A DNA stretch of 64,000 nucleotides from NCBI GenBank assembly GCA_902615445.1, contig CACMOQ010000001.1, forward strand, positions 86,025-150,024, written 5' to 3'. The position numbers and the translations under genes were made by a program. This document shows, piece after piece, positions 18,075 through 27,485 of the stretch. The notes beneath the pieces are model-generated. The model ran no database searches. It was not told where the DNA came from and was given only the letters and a program-made list of their open reading frames with translations. Source of the stretch: an uncultured Pelagibacteraceae bacterium (lineage in GTDB: Bacteria; Pseudomonadota; Alphaproteobacteria; Pelagibacterales; Pelagibacteraceae). Numbering within the stretch: position 1 is the first letter of the stretch; every line of letters starts with the position of its first letter.

Positions 18075-18411
18075 TAATTTAAGACTTATAATAAATAATA
18101 TCAAAGACAAAAAATTAGAGGAAAAACATTTTTTTGAGAAAGAAGAGTTGAAAATTATTTTAGACTTATACGCAAAGATGGTTTCACAAGGCTCATGGAA
18201 AGATTATGGACTTTCTATATCAAGTAAACAGATTAGTTTTAGTGTATTTAAAAATAGCACTGAAAATGCTTTGTATAGAATATGTAAAAATTTCAAACCT
18301 AAAAACAAAAATCTTAAATATTTAATAACTGATATTAATGGAAAAATTCTAAAAAATTCTTTTGAGCTCGAACCACTGTTAAAAAAAACTGACTGGAAAA
18401 AACTAACTTGA
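18067..18411 (+). CDS. conserved alphaproteobacterial protein (DUF2794-like)
   Basis: 114 aa and soluble. It overlaps yciB by 8 nt. The family assignment is from memory of the FFEKEELKIILDLYAKMVSQGSWKDY pattern. Confidence 0.5.
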   Translation: MNNNLRLIINNIKDKKLEEKHFFEKEELKIILDLYAKMVSQGSWKDYGLSISSKQISFSVFKNSTENALYRICKNFKPKNKNLKYLITDINGKILKNSFELEPLLKKTDWKKLT

Positions 18412-18416
18412 TAAAA

Positions 18417-19178
18417 CTATCTTCTTTGACCAAAAAGTCTAAGTAGCATAATAAATAAATTAATGAAGTCTAAGTAGAGAGTTAAAGCTCCCATTACAGC
18501 TTTTTTGCCCATTAATTCACCTGTATCACTAGCTGTATACATGTTCTTTATTTTTTGGGTGTCATATGCCGTTAGACCAACAAATATTAAAACCCCTAAA
18601 ATTGAAATTACAAAATACATCATCGAAGATTTCATAAAAATATTTACTATTGAAGCTATAATAATTCCTATTAAGCCCATCATTAAAAAAGATCCTAATT
18701 TTGTAAGGTCTCTTTTAGTTGTATAACCATAGATACTCATAGCTCCAAATGTTGCGGAAGTTATAAAGAAAACCCTTGTTACACTCATGCCTGTGTAAAT
18801 TAATAAAATTGAAGATAAAGATAATCCCATTAACGCAGCAAAGATCCAGAATGTTGTTTGCGCTTTTGAGGCACTCATTTTATTAATCCCAAAACTCATG
18901 TAAAAAACAATTCCAAGTGGAGCTAACATTACTAACCATTTTAAACCTGACATATAAATGGCGTTACCCATTTGTGTAAGTCCAACAATAGAACCGGAAG
19001 CATCTGTGACCACTGACATTTTAAATGTAATTAGTGCGATTATTCCGGTAAGCAAAACCCCTGTTGCCATATAGTTATAAACTTTCAGCATGTAGGCTCT
19101 TAAGCCTTCATCTGTTACTGCAGCTTCTTGGGCTGCAGCTTTAGCTCTTCCGAGAATTCCTTTTTTATTAAATTCCAT
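18417..19178 (-). CDS. BAX inhibitor-1 / YccA family membrane protein
   Basis: 253 aa with seven TM segments. It has the characteristic TAYDTQKIK block and a basic C-terminus. Confidence 0.8.
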   Translation of the reverse strand: MEFNKKGILGRAKAAAQEAAVTDEGLRAYMLKVYNYMATGVLLTGIIALITFKMSVVTDASGSIVGLTQMGNAIYMSGLKWLVMLAPLGIVFYMSFGINKMSASKAQTTFWIFAALMGLSLSSILLIYTGMSVTRVFFITSATFGAMSIYGYTTKRDLTKLGSFLMMGLIGIIIASIVNIFMKSSMMYFVISILGVLIFVGLTAYDTQKIKNMYTASDTGELMGKKAVMGALTLYLDFINLFIMLLRLFGQRR

Positions 19179-19259
19179 ATTACGAGAAATATATAATCTT
19201 TTACTAATTATTCAAGATGACTTAAAAGATTAACAAAAAAAACACTAAAAAAAACCTAA

Positions 19260-20300
19260 ATGAATTATAAGAAATTAGGGAATACTGACCTTGATGTAAG
19301 TACAATTTGTCTCGGTACAATGACCTGGGGTGAGCAAAATACTCAAAAAGAGGGTTTTGAACAAATGGATTATGCCTTGGGTGAGGGCGTAAATTTTTGG
19401 GACACAGCTGAAATTTATTCCATACCGATGAGGGAGGATACGTACGGTGAAACTGAGAGAATAATTGGAAATTGGTTTGAGAAAAATAAAAAAAGAAAAG
19501 AGGTTATTCTTGCAACTAAAGTATGCGGAAATACATCCAATAAATACATTCGTGGAGGTGGTAATAATTTTGGCAAAAAAAAAATTAGTTTAGCGTTAGA
19601 AGAAAGTCTAAAAAGATTAAAAACTGATTATATAGATTTGTATCAACTTCATTGGCCGGAGAGAAATACAAATTTTTTCGGTAAACGTGGTTACGAACAT
19701 GATGAAGATGATAATGATTGGACACCTTTTGAGGAGGTTTTAGAAAGTCTAAATCAATTTATCAATCAAGGTAAAATTAGGTATATAGGTTTATCAAATG
19801 AAACTGCATGGGGTTTATCTAAATTTTTAGAATTATCTAAATTAAAAAAATTACCCAAAATGATGTCTGTTCAAAATCCCTACAACCTCCTCAATAGAAC
19901 CTACGAAGTTGGATTAGCTGAAATTTCTGTTAGAGAAAAAAGTGGATTATTAGCATACTCGCCGTTAGCATTTGGTTATCTAACGGGAAAATATAGAAAT
20001 GATAATCTTCCTGAAAAATCAAGAATGAAATTATTTACAGATTTTACCAGATACAAAAATGAAAATGGTCAAAAAGCTATTGAAGAATACTACAAGATCT
20101 CAAAAAAATTTAATATCGATTTAACTCAAATGTCATTAAAATTTTGTGAAATACAGCCTTTTACAACAAGTGTAATTATTGGTGCAACGACAATGCAACA
20201 GTTGAAAACAAACATAGAAAGTGTAAATGTAACTTTATCAAATGAAATAATTAATGAGATTAATAAAATTCAAAAAAAATATCCAAATCCATGCCCTTAA
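19260..20300 (+). CDS. NADP-dependent aldo/keto reductase (Tas-like)
   Basis: 346 aa. LGTMTWGEQNT, DTAEIY and LYQLHWP motifs are colinear with E. coli Tas as I remember it. Confidence 0.85.
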   Translation: MNYKKLGNTDLDVSTICLGTMTWGEQNTQKEGFEQMDYALGEGVNFWDTAEIYSIPMREDTYGETERIIGNWFEKNKKRKEVILATKVCGNTSNKYIRGGGNNFGKKKISLALEESLKRLKTDYIDLYQLHWPERNTNFFGKRGYEHDEDDNDWTPFEEVLESLNQFINQGKIRYIGLSNETAWGLSKFLELSKLKKLPKMMSVQNPYNLLNRTYEVGLAEISVREKSGLLAYSPLAFGYLTGKYRNDNLPEKSRMKLFTDFTRYKNENGQKAIEEYYKISKKFNIDLTQMSLKFCEIQPFTTSVIIGATTMQQLKTNIESVNVTLSNEIINEINKIQKKYPNPCP

Positions 20301-20803
20301 TTAAAAAATTTTTATTTTTATTATTCTTAATTTCAGTGCTATTTGCCCAAAAAACATTTGCAGCAGACTTGAAAAAAGTTGGCAAATACAAGGATTGGGA
20401 AGTTATGGTAATCTCAGAACAATCAGGAAAAGTTTGTTTTGCACAATCAATACCTGTTTTGCAAGCTCCAAAAAAAAACAAAAGAGATGCAAGATTATTT
20501 GTAACTTTTAGGCCAAGTGAAAAAATTTCCAATGAAATTAGCACCACTGCAGGTTATGAATTTAATAAAAATAATTCTGTACTAGCAACCTCAGGAAATA
20601 ATAAATTTAAATTTGATATAAAACAACAGGGCTTCGCATGGATGACAAGTAGTAAGAAAGAAAATATAATGGTTAAAGTGATGAAAAAAGGTTCTAGAAT
20701 AATGATTGCTGGTTATAACGAAAAGGGTTCGCAAACCATTGACCATTATTCACTGTTGGGTTTCACTAAAGCATATAATACTGCCAAAAAAGCTTGCAGT
20801 TAG
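20291..20803 (+). CDS. invasion-associated locus B (IalB)-like periplasmic protein
   Basis: 170 aa with a signal peptide and the KDWEVMV...GKVCFAQS pattern. Confidence 0.55.
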   Translation: MPLIKKFLFLLFLISVLFAQKTFAADLKKVGKYKDWEVMVISEQSGKVCFAQSIPVLQAPKKNKRDARLFVTFRPSEKISNEISTTAGYEFNKNNSVLATSGNNKFKFDIKQQGFAWMTSSKKENIMVKVMKKGSRIMIAGYNEKGSQTIDHYSLLGFTKAYNTAKKACS

Positions 20804-20806
20804 TTA

Positions 20807-21994
20807 ATGAAATTAAAAAGAAGAATTGTTCTTGCTTACTCTGGAGGTTTAGACACATCAATAATTCTAAAATGGCTACAAGAAAACTATAAAGCTGAAG
20901 TTATTTGTTATACAGCTGACATAGGGCAGAAAATTAATAAAAAAAAAATTATTTCTAACGCAAAAAAACTTGGCGTAAAAAAAATAATCATTAAGGATTT
21001 AAAAAACATATTTGTCAAAGATTATGTCTTTCCAATGTTAAGAGGTCATGCAATTTACGAAGGTGTTTATTTGTTGGGAACCTCAATAGCTAGACCGCTT
21101 ATAGCTAAAGACCAGATCAGAGTCGCAAAAAAATTTAATGCTTATGCAGTTTCTCATGGGTCAACTGGAAAAGGTAATGATCAAGTGAGGTTTGAGCTTG
21201 GTTATCATTATTTTGGGCCAAAAATAAAAATAATTGCCCCCTGGAGAATTTGGAAACTAAAGTCTAGGTCAGATTTAATAAATTATGCAAAAAAAAATAA
21301 TATATCAATTCCAAAAGATAAAAAAGGTGCTCCACCTTTTTCTGTTGATGATAATTTATTTCATACCTCTACCGAAGGAAAAGTTTTAGAAAATCCAAAA
21401 AACTCAGCACCAGAATATATTTTCCAAAGATCTATTTCACCAGAAAAAGCTCCTAACAAAGCAACTTATTTATCAATTAAATTTAAAAACGGAGATCCCA
21501 TTGAAGTTAATGGAAAAAAATTACAGCCAGCAAAATTACTTGAAAAGCTGAATCTAATAGCTGGAAAAAATGGTATAGGCAGAGTTGATCTTGTAGAAAA
21601 CAGATTTTTAGGAATTAAATCGAGAGGAGTTTACGAAACTCCAGGTGGAACACTATTAATCAATGCGCACAGAGCTATAGAGTCTGTTACTTTAGATAAA
21701 AAAACAATGCATGACAAAGATAATATAATGACCAGGTACGCTGAACTTATATACAATGGATATTGGTTTTCAAAAGAAAGATTAAAACTTCAAAAAATTG
21801 TAGATTATAAAAAGAATAAAGTTAATGGAATTGTAAAACTTAAACTTTATAAAGGAAATATCATGATTGTTTCTAGACAAACAAAAAGTTCCGCCTACTC
21901 TCTGAAAAGAGTTTCTTTTGAGGAAAATAAAACATTCAATAAATTTTATGTTGAAAAATTTATTAATTTTCACAAGAAAAAACTACAATCTTAA
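20807..21994 (+). CDS. argG: argininosuccinate synthase
   Basis: 395 aa, with AYSGGLDTS (PP-loop), SHGSTGKGNDQVRFE and GRVDLVENRFLGIKSRGVYETP. Confidence 0.93.
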   Translation: MKLKRRIVLAYSGGLDTSIILKWLQENYKAEVICYTADIGQKINKKKIISNAKKLGVKKIIIKDLKNIFVKDYVFPMLRGHAIYEGVYLLGTSIARPLIAKDQIRVAKKFNAYAVSHGSTGKGNDQVRFELGYHYFGPKIKIIAPWRIWKLKSRSDLINYAKKNNISIPKDKKGAPPFSVDDNLFHTSTEGKVLENPKNSAPEYIFQRSISPEKAPNKATYLSIKFKNGDPIEVNGKKLQPAKLLEKLNLIAGKNGIGRVDLVENRFLGIKSRGVYETPGGTLLINAHRAIESVTLDKKTMHDKDNIMTRYAELIYNGYWFSKERLKLQKIVDYKKNKVNGIVKLKLYKGNIMIVSRQTKSSAYSLKRVSFEENKTFNKFYVEKFINFHKKKLQS

Positions 21995-22052
21995 TTAATT
22001 TTAGGACAATTTATTAATTGTTAAATTTTTTAGAAAACTATATTCTACATTA

Positions 22053-22511
22053 ATGGAATCGTTTAAAAATTGGATGAGAGATACTGCAAACATTTTGTTT
22101 GATGACAGTAAAAATGATTTAAGATCTCTACCTAAAACAGTAAGATTACAAATTCTGTTAGTCTTAAGTTTTATTTGGACCACTGTTTTCAGTTTATACG
22201 TTTTTTCATATACCACTTTCGCATTTGGGTGGGCGGGACTTTTCATAGCTCATGTTGGATTAATATTTGCAGTCTACATGACATTTAAACACTTCCACAG
22301 AGCTGAGGAGAGTTCAACGAGCGTTTTCAAGACTAAAAATTTTGATCCATTTAAAATAATGGTTTTAGTTTTTGTGATCGTTTTTATTTTTGTTTTTTCA
22401 AAAGGAATAGAGGTCTTAACTAGTCCTAATCCGTATTCGTATTCTATCCCCTATGATGGTTCTTCTAAATCTGTGTTTGAAAAATGGTTACCATTCAGTA
22501 AAGATAAATAA
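22053..22511 (+). CDS. hypothetical membrane protein
   Basis: 152 aa with three hydrophobic segments. It shares 1 nt with the next gene (TAATG), and I recognise no family. Confidence 0.5.
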   Translation: MESFKNWMRDTANILFDDSKNDLRSLPKTVRLQILLVLSFIWTTVFSLYVFSYTTFAFGWAGLFIAHVGLIFAVYMTFKHFHRAEESSTSVFKTKNFDPFKIMVLVFVIVFIFVFSKGIEVLTSPNPYSYSIPYDGSSKSVFEKWLPFSKDK

Positions 22512-22891
22512 TGGAAAAAATAGCAAAAAATTTACAGCTTATTTTAATGGTTATCATTTTAATAAGCACGGTTATTGCAGTTGGTATAGAAATGTACAAG
22601 ATGTTTGAAAATAGATCAGTGACTTTAGCAGATTTATTGTTGATGTTTCTTTACTTAGAAGTACTTGCAATGGTAAGAGTTTTTTGGAACCAGCAATCAA
22701 TTAGTATTACTCTTCCATTATTAATTGCTATTACTGCTTTAGCTCGATTTATTATTCTTCAAGGTAAGGAAATGGATCCAACAGCTTTAGTTTATGAAGC
22801 TGTTGCTATAGTTCTAATTGCAGGTGCAATTGTTATTTTAAGATTAAGACACAGCGATAAATTAGGTCTTAAGAAAAAAAAATCGAAATAA
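22511..22891 (+). CDS. PsiE-like (phosphate-starvation-inducible) membrane protein
   Basis: 126 aa with four TM segments. The YLEVLAMVRVF...ITALARFIILQ pattern resembles E. coli PsiE from memory. Confidence 0.5.
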   Translation: MEKIAKNLQLILMVIILISTVIAVGIEMYKMFENRSVTLADLLLMFLYLEVLAMVRVFWNQQSISITLPLLIAITALARFIILQGKEMDPTALVYEAVAIVLIAGAIVILRLRHSDKLGLKKKKSK

Positions 22892-22897
22892 TTTTAA

Positions 22898-24037
22898 ATG
22901 AATTTTGAACCTTCACGGGCTAAAGCCTTAGATAAATTAAATAATTTTGTTGAAAATAATCTGTCTGAATACTCAAAGCTTAGAAATTTTGACTTTGGAC
23001 CAGAGAATAGATCTAATGTTTCTTGTTTATCTCCTTATATCACGCACGGTATCATCAGTGAAAAAGAAATAATAAACAAATCATTAAGTAAATTTTCATT
23101 TTCAAAGAATGAAAAATTTATTCAGGAAGTTTTGTGGAGAACTTATTGGAAAGGATGGTTAGAATTAAGACCAAATGTTTGGACAGACTATATAGTAGAA
23201 TTAAATAAAATCAGAGAAGATTTCAAAAATAATCAGAATTACATAAATGCTATTGAAGGTAAAACAAATATTGAATGCTTTAATGTATGGGTTAATGAAC
23301 TAAAGGAAAACAACTATTTACATAATCACACAAGAATGTGGTTTGCTAGTATTTGGATTTTTACATTGGAATTACCTTGGCAATTAGGTGCAGAATTTTT
23401 TATGCAACATCTTTATGATGGAGACGCTGCATCAAATACGCTTGGATGGAGATGGGTTGCTGGAGTTCAAACACAAGGAAAACATTATCTAGCTAGCGAA
23501 TGGAATATTAAAAAATTTAGCAATAATAGATTTAATAATATTAAGTTGAATGAAAATGCTCCTCCGAAAGTTTCTGAAAAAACTTACCCAATAGTTAAAC
23601 AAGATTTTAGTAGTGAAAAAATAGATGATAGAAATCTTTTAATTTTTGAAAATAATTTATCATTTGAAACCACCGATTTTCAAAATAACAAATTTAAGAA
23701 AATTTATATAATTTCAAATAAAAATGAAAATAGATCTATCAAGCTAAGTGGAAAAGTTATCAAATTTAAATCTCTTTTAATTAATGATCAAAAACAAATA
23801 TTAAAAAATAATTCTATCGCCTGCGAAGTAATAGATATAAGTGAAATTAAAAATATAAATGAGAAAGTTATTGCCTTATATCCAACTGTTGGTGAAAACC
23901 TGGATTATTTAAACTCTAATAATTATAAATTAGATTTTTTATATAGAAAACTCGATCAATATTCTTGGCAGTATTGTAATAAAGGTTTTTTCAATTTTAA
24001 AAATTACATTCCTAAAATAATTACAACTTTAAATTAA
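22898..24037 (+). CDS. photolyase/cryptochrome-superfamily protein with inverted topology (N-terminal FAD domain; NewPHL-like)
   Basis: 379 aa. Residues 1-200 carry the photolyase FAD-domain motifs (LSPYITHG, WRTYWKGW, HNHTRMWFASIW, LYDGDAASNTLGWRWVAG). There is no N-terminal alpha/beta domain. About 170 aa of alternating beta/alpha-like sequence follow instead. Confidence 0.65.
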   Translation: MNFEPSRAKALDKLNNFVENNLSEYSKLRNFDFGPENRSNVSCLSPYITHGIISEKEIINKSLSKFSFSKNEKFIQEVLWRTYWKGWLELRPNVWTDYIVELNKIREDFKNNQNYINAIEGKTNIECFNVWVNELKENNYLHNHTRMWFASIWIFTLELPWQLGAEFFMQHLYDGDAASNTLGWRWVAGVQTQGKHYLASEWNIKKFSNNRFNNIKLNENAPPKVSEKTYPIVKQDFSSEKIDDRNLLIFENNLSFETTDFQNNKFKKIYIISNKNENRSIKLSGKVIKFKSLLINDQKQILKNNSIACEVIDISEIKNINEKVIALYPTVGENLDYLNSNNYKLDFLYRKLDQYSWQYCNKGFFNFKNYIPKIITTLN

Positions 24038-24255
24038 AACCACCTAAACATTCCAATAATTCCTGCTGTGGCATAAAAGAATTGTAAAAATAATATTCCT
24101 CTATGACCACCCCTATAAGCCCAAATTCCAATTAAGATTGCAGATATAAGTAATAAGCAAAAACCAAAAAACTCTATACCAATATTCAAGGCTACAAATA
24201 ATGAGTATAATATTGCTGTAATAACACCTGCCCACTCAAAAATCTTATTATTCAT
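24034..24255 (-). CDS. 73-aa three-TM protein resembling a single PnuC repeat ('half-PnuC')
   Basis: FEWAGVITAILYSLFVALN...FFGF...LFLQFFYATAGIIGMFRWF parallels the first repeat of E. coli PnuC (WIEAVGTIAGLL...YFFGL...LLLQVFFFAANIYGWYAW) as I remember it. It lies 5 nt downstream of the Cys-rich gene. Confidence 0.5.
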   Translation of the reverse strand: MNNKIFEWAGVITAILYSLFVALNIGIEFFGFCLLLISAILIGIWAYRGGHRGILFLQFFYATAGIIGMFRWF

Positions 24256-24260
24256 AAATT

Positions 24261-24962
24261 CTATCTTGCAAGTTTGATGAAAATATCACCCATACCTGCG
24301 TTTAAATTTTCTATAGGTTTGTTATTTCTTAATTCGCAAAATGTACCAGTTACCTGATGACTTTTTACAAAATCCATCTCGCTCTTTGTACAAATTTTAC
24401 CATTATGTAATAAACCAATAACTATTCGACCGTTTAGTTCATAAACTTGTTTGTCATTAATCTTATCTCCATTACAGAAATAATTTTTATTTACCCTATC
24501 GGGAAAATCTTTTTTTCCGCATGGATTTTTAATCGTAAAAACAAAAAATTCCTTGAAACCATCTTCAAATTTATGTTTCATTTTTTCAACCTCAGAGTAT
24601 TTCATGATATCGCATGAACATGGGATACAACATTTATAGTAATCACCACATATTTTCTTTTTGGTTTCTCTTTCATTGACTAATAAAAAATCTGGCTCGC
24701 TATTTGGATCAATCAACGAACCAGATACAGCACAATAAAGTTTGTTATATTCAATGAAATCATCATAATTTATATCTTTATCAATTATATATTTGAAAAA
24801 TTTTGGACCAGCAGCATTTCTATTACTGTCTGGAAAGATTCTGGACCAATCTGTTATTAAATCTTTGTAATAATTTTTTTCTACTGAATTTGAAATATTG
24901 GAAAAAGATAAAGCTAGGATGAAAATAATTATAAATTTGAAGATACTTTTTAAGAAATTCAT
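24261..24962 (-). CDS. secreted cysteine-rich protein, unknown family
   Basis: 233 aa with a signal peptide (ILALSFSNISNS) and 12 Cys, including YCAVSGS and YYKCCIPCSCDI clusters. Confidence 0.6.
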   Translation of the reverse strand: MNFLKSIFKFIIIFILALSFSNISNSVEKNYYKDLITDWSRIFPDSNRNAAGPKFFKYIIDKDINYDDFIEYNKLYCAVSGSLIDPNSEPDFLLVNERETKKKICGDYYKCCIPCSCDIMKYSEVEKMKHKFEDGFKEFFVFTIKNPCGKKDFPDRVNKNYFCNGDKINDKQVYELNGRIVIGLLHNGKICTKSEMDFVKSHQVTGTFCELRNNKPIENLNAGMGDIFIKLAR

Positions 24963-25045
24963 CTATTTAATTAAATTAAAAAATTTTTATTATTTGTCGC
25001 ACATAATTTACTTTTAAAGTATAAATTTAAAGTTATTAAAGTCCA

Positions 25046-25519
25046 ATGAAAAAATTTTACACAATATTTTTTACCCTAACCATGATGATTGTTCCATCAA
25101 TAGCATTTGGAAATGTAATTGATAAACTTAATGAGGCTGGGAAATTCACTAAATTAAATGAAACTCTCTCTAAATCAGGTCTTGATGAAAACTTAAAAGG
25201 TAAAGGGCCATTTACTGTTTTTGCGCCTTTAGATGACGCATTTGCTGCCATTAGTGCACAAACATATTATGGTTTATTGAGAGAGGATAATAAAGATAAA
25301 CTTGTAAATATTTTAGGCCGACATGTTTTTTCAAAAAAAATAAACTCTTCAGATATAGATAGTGAACTAAAACTAAAAGCAATTAATGGTGAGGAAGTAA
25401 CTATAAAAAAAGTTAATGGTATAGTTTATATAAATGAGGCTGAGGTTGTAACTGCAGATATTGTAGTTTCAAATGGTGTGATTCATTTTATCAATAGAGT
25501 TCTTCAACCTTTGAACTGA
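25046..25519 (+). CDS. fasciclin (FAS1) domain protein, secreted
   Basis: 157 aa with a signal peptide. It has FTVFAPLDDAF and VVSNGVIHFINRVL, the H1/H2 FAS1 motifs. Confidence 0.8.
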   Translation: MKKFYTIFFTLTMMIVPSIAFGNVIDKLNEAGKFTKLNETLSKSGLDENLKGKGPFTVFAPLDDAFAAISAQTYYGLLREDNKDKLVNILGRHVFSKKINSSDIDSELKLKAINGEEVTIKKVNGIVYINEAEVVTADIVVSNGVIHFINRVLQPLN

Positions 25520-25522
25520 TTA

Positions 25523-26962
25523 TTATTGATTTAAAGTTATCGTTTGATTTAATTCTTTAACTGAAATTGTTTTAGTTTTACCATTTGTCCATTTTATTTG
25601 AATTTTTATATCTTTTTCATTTTTTCTAATTCCATAGTGAGCAACTGGCTCCATTTGGCAAAGGTATCCGGATCCAGAGTCAATTGTTTTAGAATGTTTT
25701 CTTAAATTAGAAATCAATGTTACTGTTGCTCCTCTAGCGGGTGCACCATACTGGTTTAAAGGTTTTATCCTTAAATATTTATTATCAGGATCTACTTTTG
25801 CCTTATACAAAGACAATGGTTGATCCCAACTTTCTCCATGAGAAACTAACAATTCTAATATACCGTCGTTATCTATGTCAGCTACAGCTGCTCCAGTTCC
25901 ATATCCATCTGGTTCTAAACCAACATCTATAGGTATTTGTTTTATCAAACCATTTTCTAAAATTCTAAAAAGTTTGTTGGGTTCACCAATGTTATTCAAG
26001 AATACTTCGTCGTAACCATCGTTGTCTAAATCAGCTGAAATAACAGTTCTTATTCTTGATGGCTCATCAAAAGGTGGTTTTGCTATATCCTCAAAAATAT
26101 CATTTTTAAGCACGTATGCTCTGTGAAATCCACCCCAATTTCCATTTAGGATATCAAGCCTTCCTCGATAATAAATATCTGACAAAGCTGTACCCCTCCC
26201 ATTTTGAAGGACGTCTTGAACCCTATATTCATAAGCGACGTCTAAAAATTTACCTTTATCATTTTTATATAAAAAATTTGCCCCTCTTTCATTAGCCGCA
26301 AATACATCAATCTTATCAGAAATAATATGTCCTGCCACGACAGCACGACCGCCTGTAACTTTCGCCAGGTTCAATTGAACCGATTTATCAACTAATATGT
26401 AATCATTATATTCATAGTATCTTGTGGGTCCTCCATAGTTAGCAACATATATACCATAATTACCATCTCCTTTTCTATCAACACAAACAACTGACCTACC
26501 TGCAGTTAAATTAAGATCTTTCTGATTTTTCTGGATTTCAAATAAATCAATAAACTTACCTTTCTCTAAATCTATCAGTCTGTCTGAATATTTTTTTGTT
26601 CCACTATATGTATCAGTGTTGAGAAAATATATTTCCTCATATCCGTCTCTATCTATATCACATGCAGCAACACCAATTGTACGTCTAAATTCATCAGAAA
26701 ATTTTTTTTGATTTACAATATTAACCAGTTTTCCATTCTCGTAGGATAAAGCTAAATTCAAATAACCAAATCCAGTAACTATAAAATCAAAATTTCCATC
26801 TTGATTTACATCGGTGACGGAAACTCCATAACTAAGTCTTTTAGGATTCTCAACAATTTGGCTTGTTATATCCTCAAAAAAATCAGCACTCAGATTATTC
26901 GGAATTAGTAGAAAAAATAAAACTACTAATTTCTTTAAATAATTAATCACTTTTATTTTCAT
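25523..26962 (-). CDS. secreted FG-GAP/VCBS-repeat protein with C-terminal ASPIC/UnbV domain (CRTAC1-like)
   Basis: 479 aa with a signal peptide and repeated D-x-D/N-x-D-G-x-x-D/E calcium-type motifs (DVNQDGNFD, DIDRDGYEE, DLDNDGYDE, DIDNDGILE). The C-terminus carries GSGYLCQMEPVAHYG. Confidence 0.75.
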   Translation of the reverse strand: MKIKVINYLKKLVVLFFLLIPNNLSADFFEDITSQIVENPKRLSYGVSVTDVNQDGNFDFIVTGFGYLNLALSYENGKLVNIVNQKKFSDEFRRTIGVAACDIDRDGYEEIYFLNTDTYSGTKKYSDRLIDLEKGKFIDLFEIQKNQKDLNLTAGRSVVCVDRKGDGNYGIYVANYGGPTRYYEYNDYILVDKSVQLNLAKVTGGRAVVAGHIISDKIDVFAANERGANFLYKNDKGKFLDVAYEYRVQDVLQNGRGTALSDIYYRGRLDILNGNWGGFHRAYVLKNDIFEDIAKPPFDEPSRIRTVISADLDNDGYDEVFLNNIGEPNKLFRILENGLIKQIPIDVGLEPDGYGTGAAVADIDNDGILELLVSHGESWDQPLSLYKAKVDPDNKYLRIKPLNQYGAPARGATVTLISNLRKHSKTIDSGSGYLCQMEPVAHYGIRKNEKDIKIQIKWTNGKTKTISVKELNQTITLNQ

Positions 26963-27485
26963 TTTTTTTACTATTATACTTTTTCATCCAATCACCAAAT
27001 ATTTTTATAGCATCTTCCATATCCTCAGTTTTGTTGGGATGGTTCTTTGCTCTACCCAGCATGGTTGCAATGACGTTAACCTGATACTTAATTGAACGAT
27101 TATTGATAGTTTTGATTGTGTAAAGAGCTTTTTCCTTGTTTTTAAATCCCAAACCTTGAGTAGTGGTTTTAGGATTATAATCTGAATACAGTGACAAATT
27201 TATTGGTTTAAATTTTTTACTTATTGGCATTTTGTCTATCATTTTAAAAACCATTTTATAATTAAGTTTATCCATCATCTTTTTAGATTTTCCATCAAAA
27301 CCAATTAGATTGATAGATGGTTTTTTTTTTTTATTAATCTTACAAATTAATTTTACATATCTTTTATGGAAATCTTTTATTTTATCTTGATATATTTTTT
27401 TTGCCTCAAGATAAATTCTATCCCTATAATTAGGCATAGAAACAAGTAAAATTCTACTTTTCCATTTGTATTTTTCTAAGTTCAT
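26943..27485 (-). CDS. DUF4174-like N-terminal domain protein with an unknown C-terminal domain
   Basis: 180 aa. [14 protein letters not shown]...[10 protein letters not shown]...MIDKMPISK matches my memory of DUF4174. It shows ATGA coupling with the upstream zinc-ribbon gene and a 20-nt overlap with the downstream gene. Confidence 0.5.
   Translation of the reverse strand: MNLEKYKWKSRILLVSMPNYRDRIYLEAKKIYQDKIKDFHKRYVKLICKINKKKKPSINLIGFDGKSKKMMDKLNYKMVFKMIDKMPISKKFKPINLSLYSDYNPKTTTQGLGFKNKEKALYTIKTINNRSIKYQVNVIATMLGRAKNHPNKTEDMEDAIKIFGDWMKKYNSKKNENKSD

Noticed and set aside
22001-22246. 81-aa minus-strand ORF overlapping the argG-downstream spacer and the 152-aa membrane gene
   Set aside because: It is antisense to a better-supported plus-strand membrane ORF that is translationally coupled (TAATG) to the psiE-like gene, and it has no motifs.
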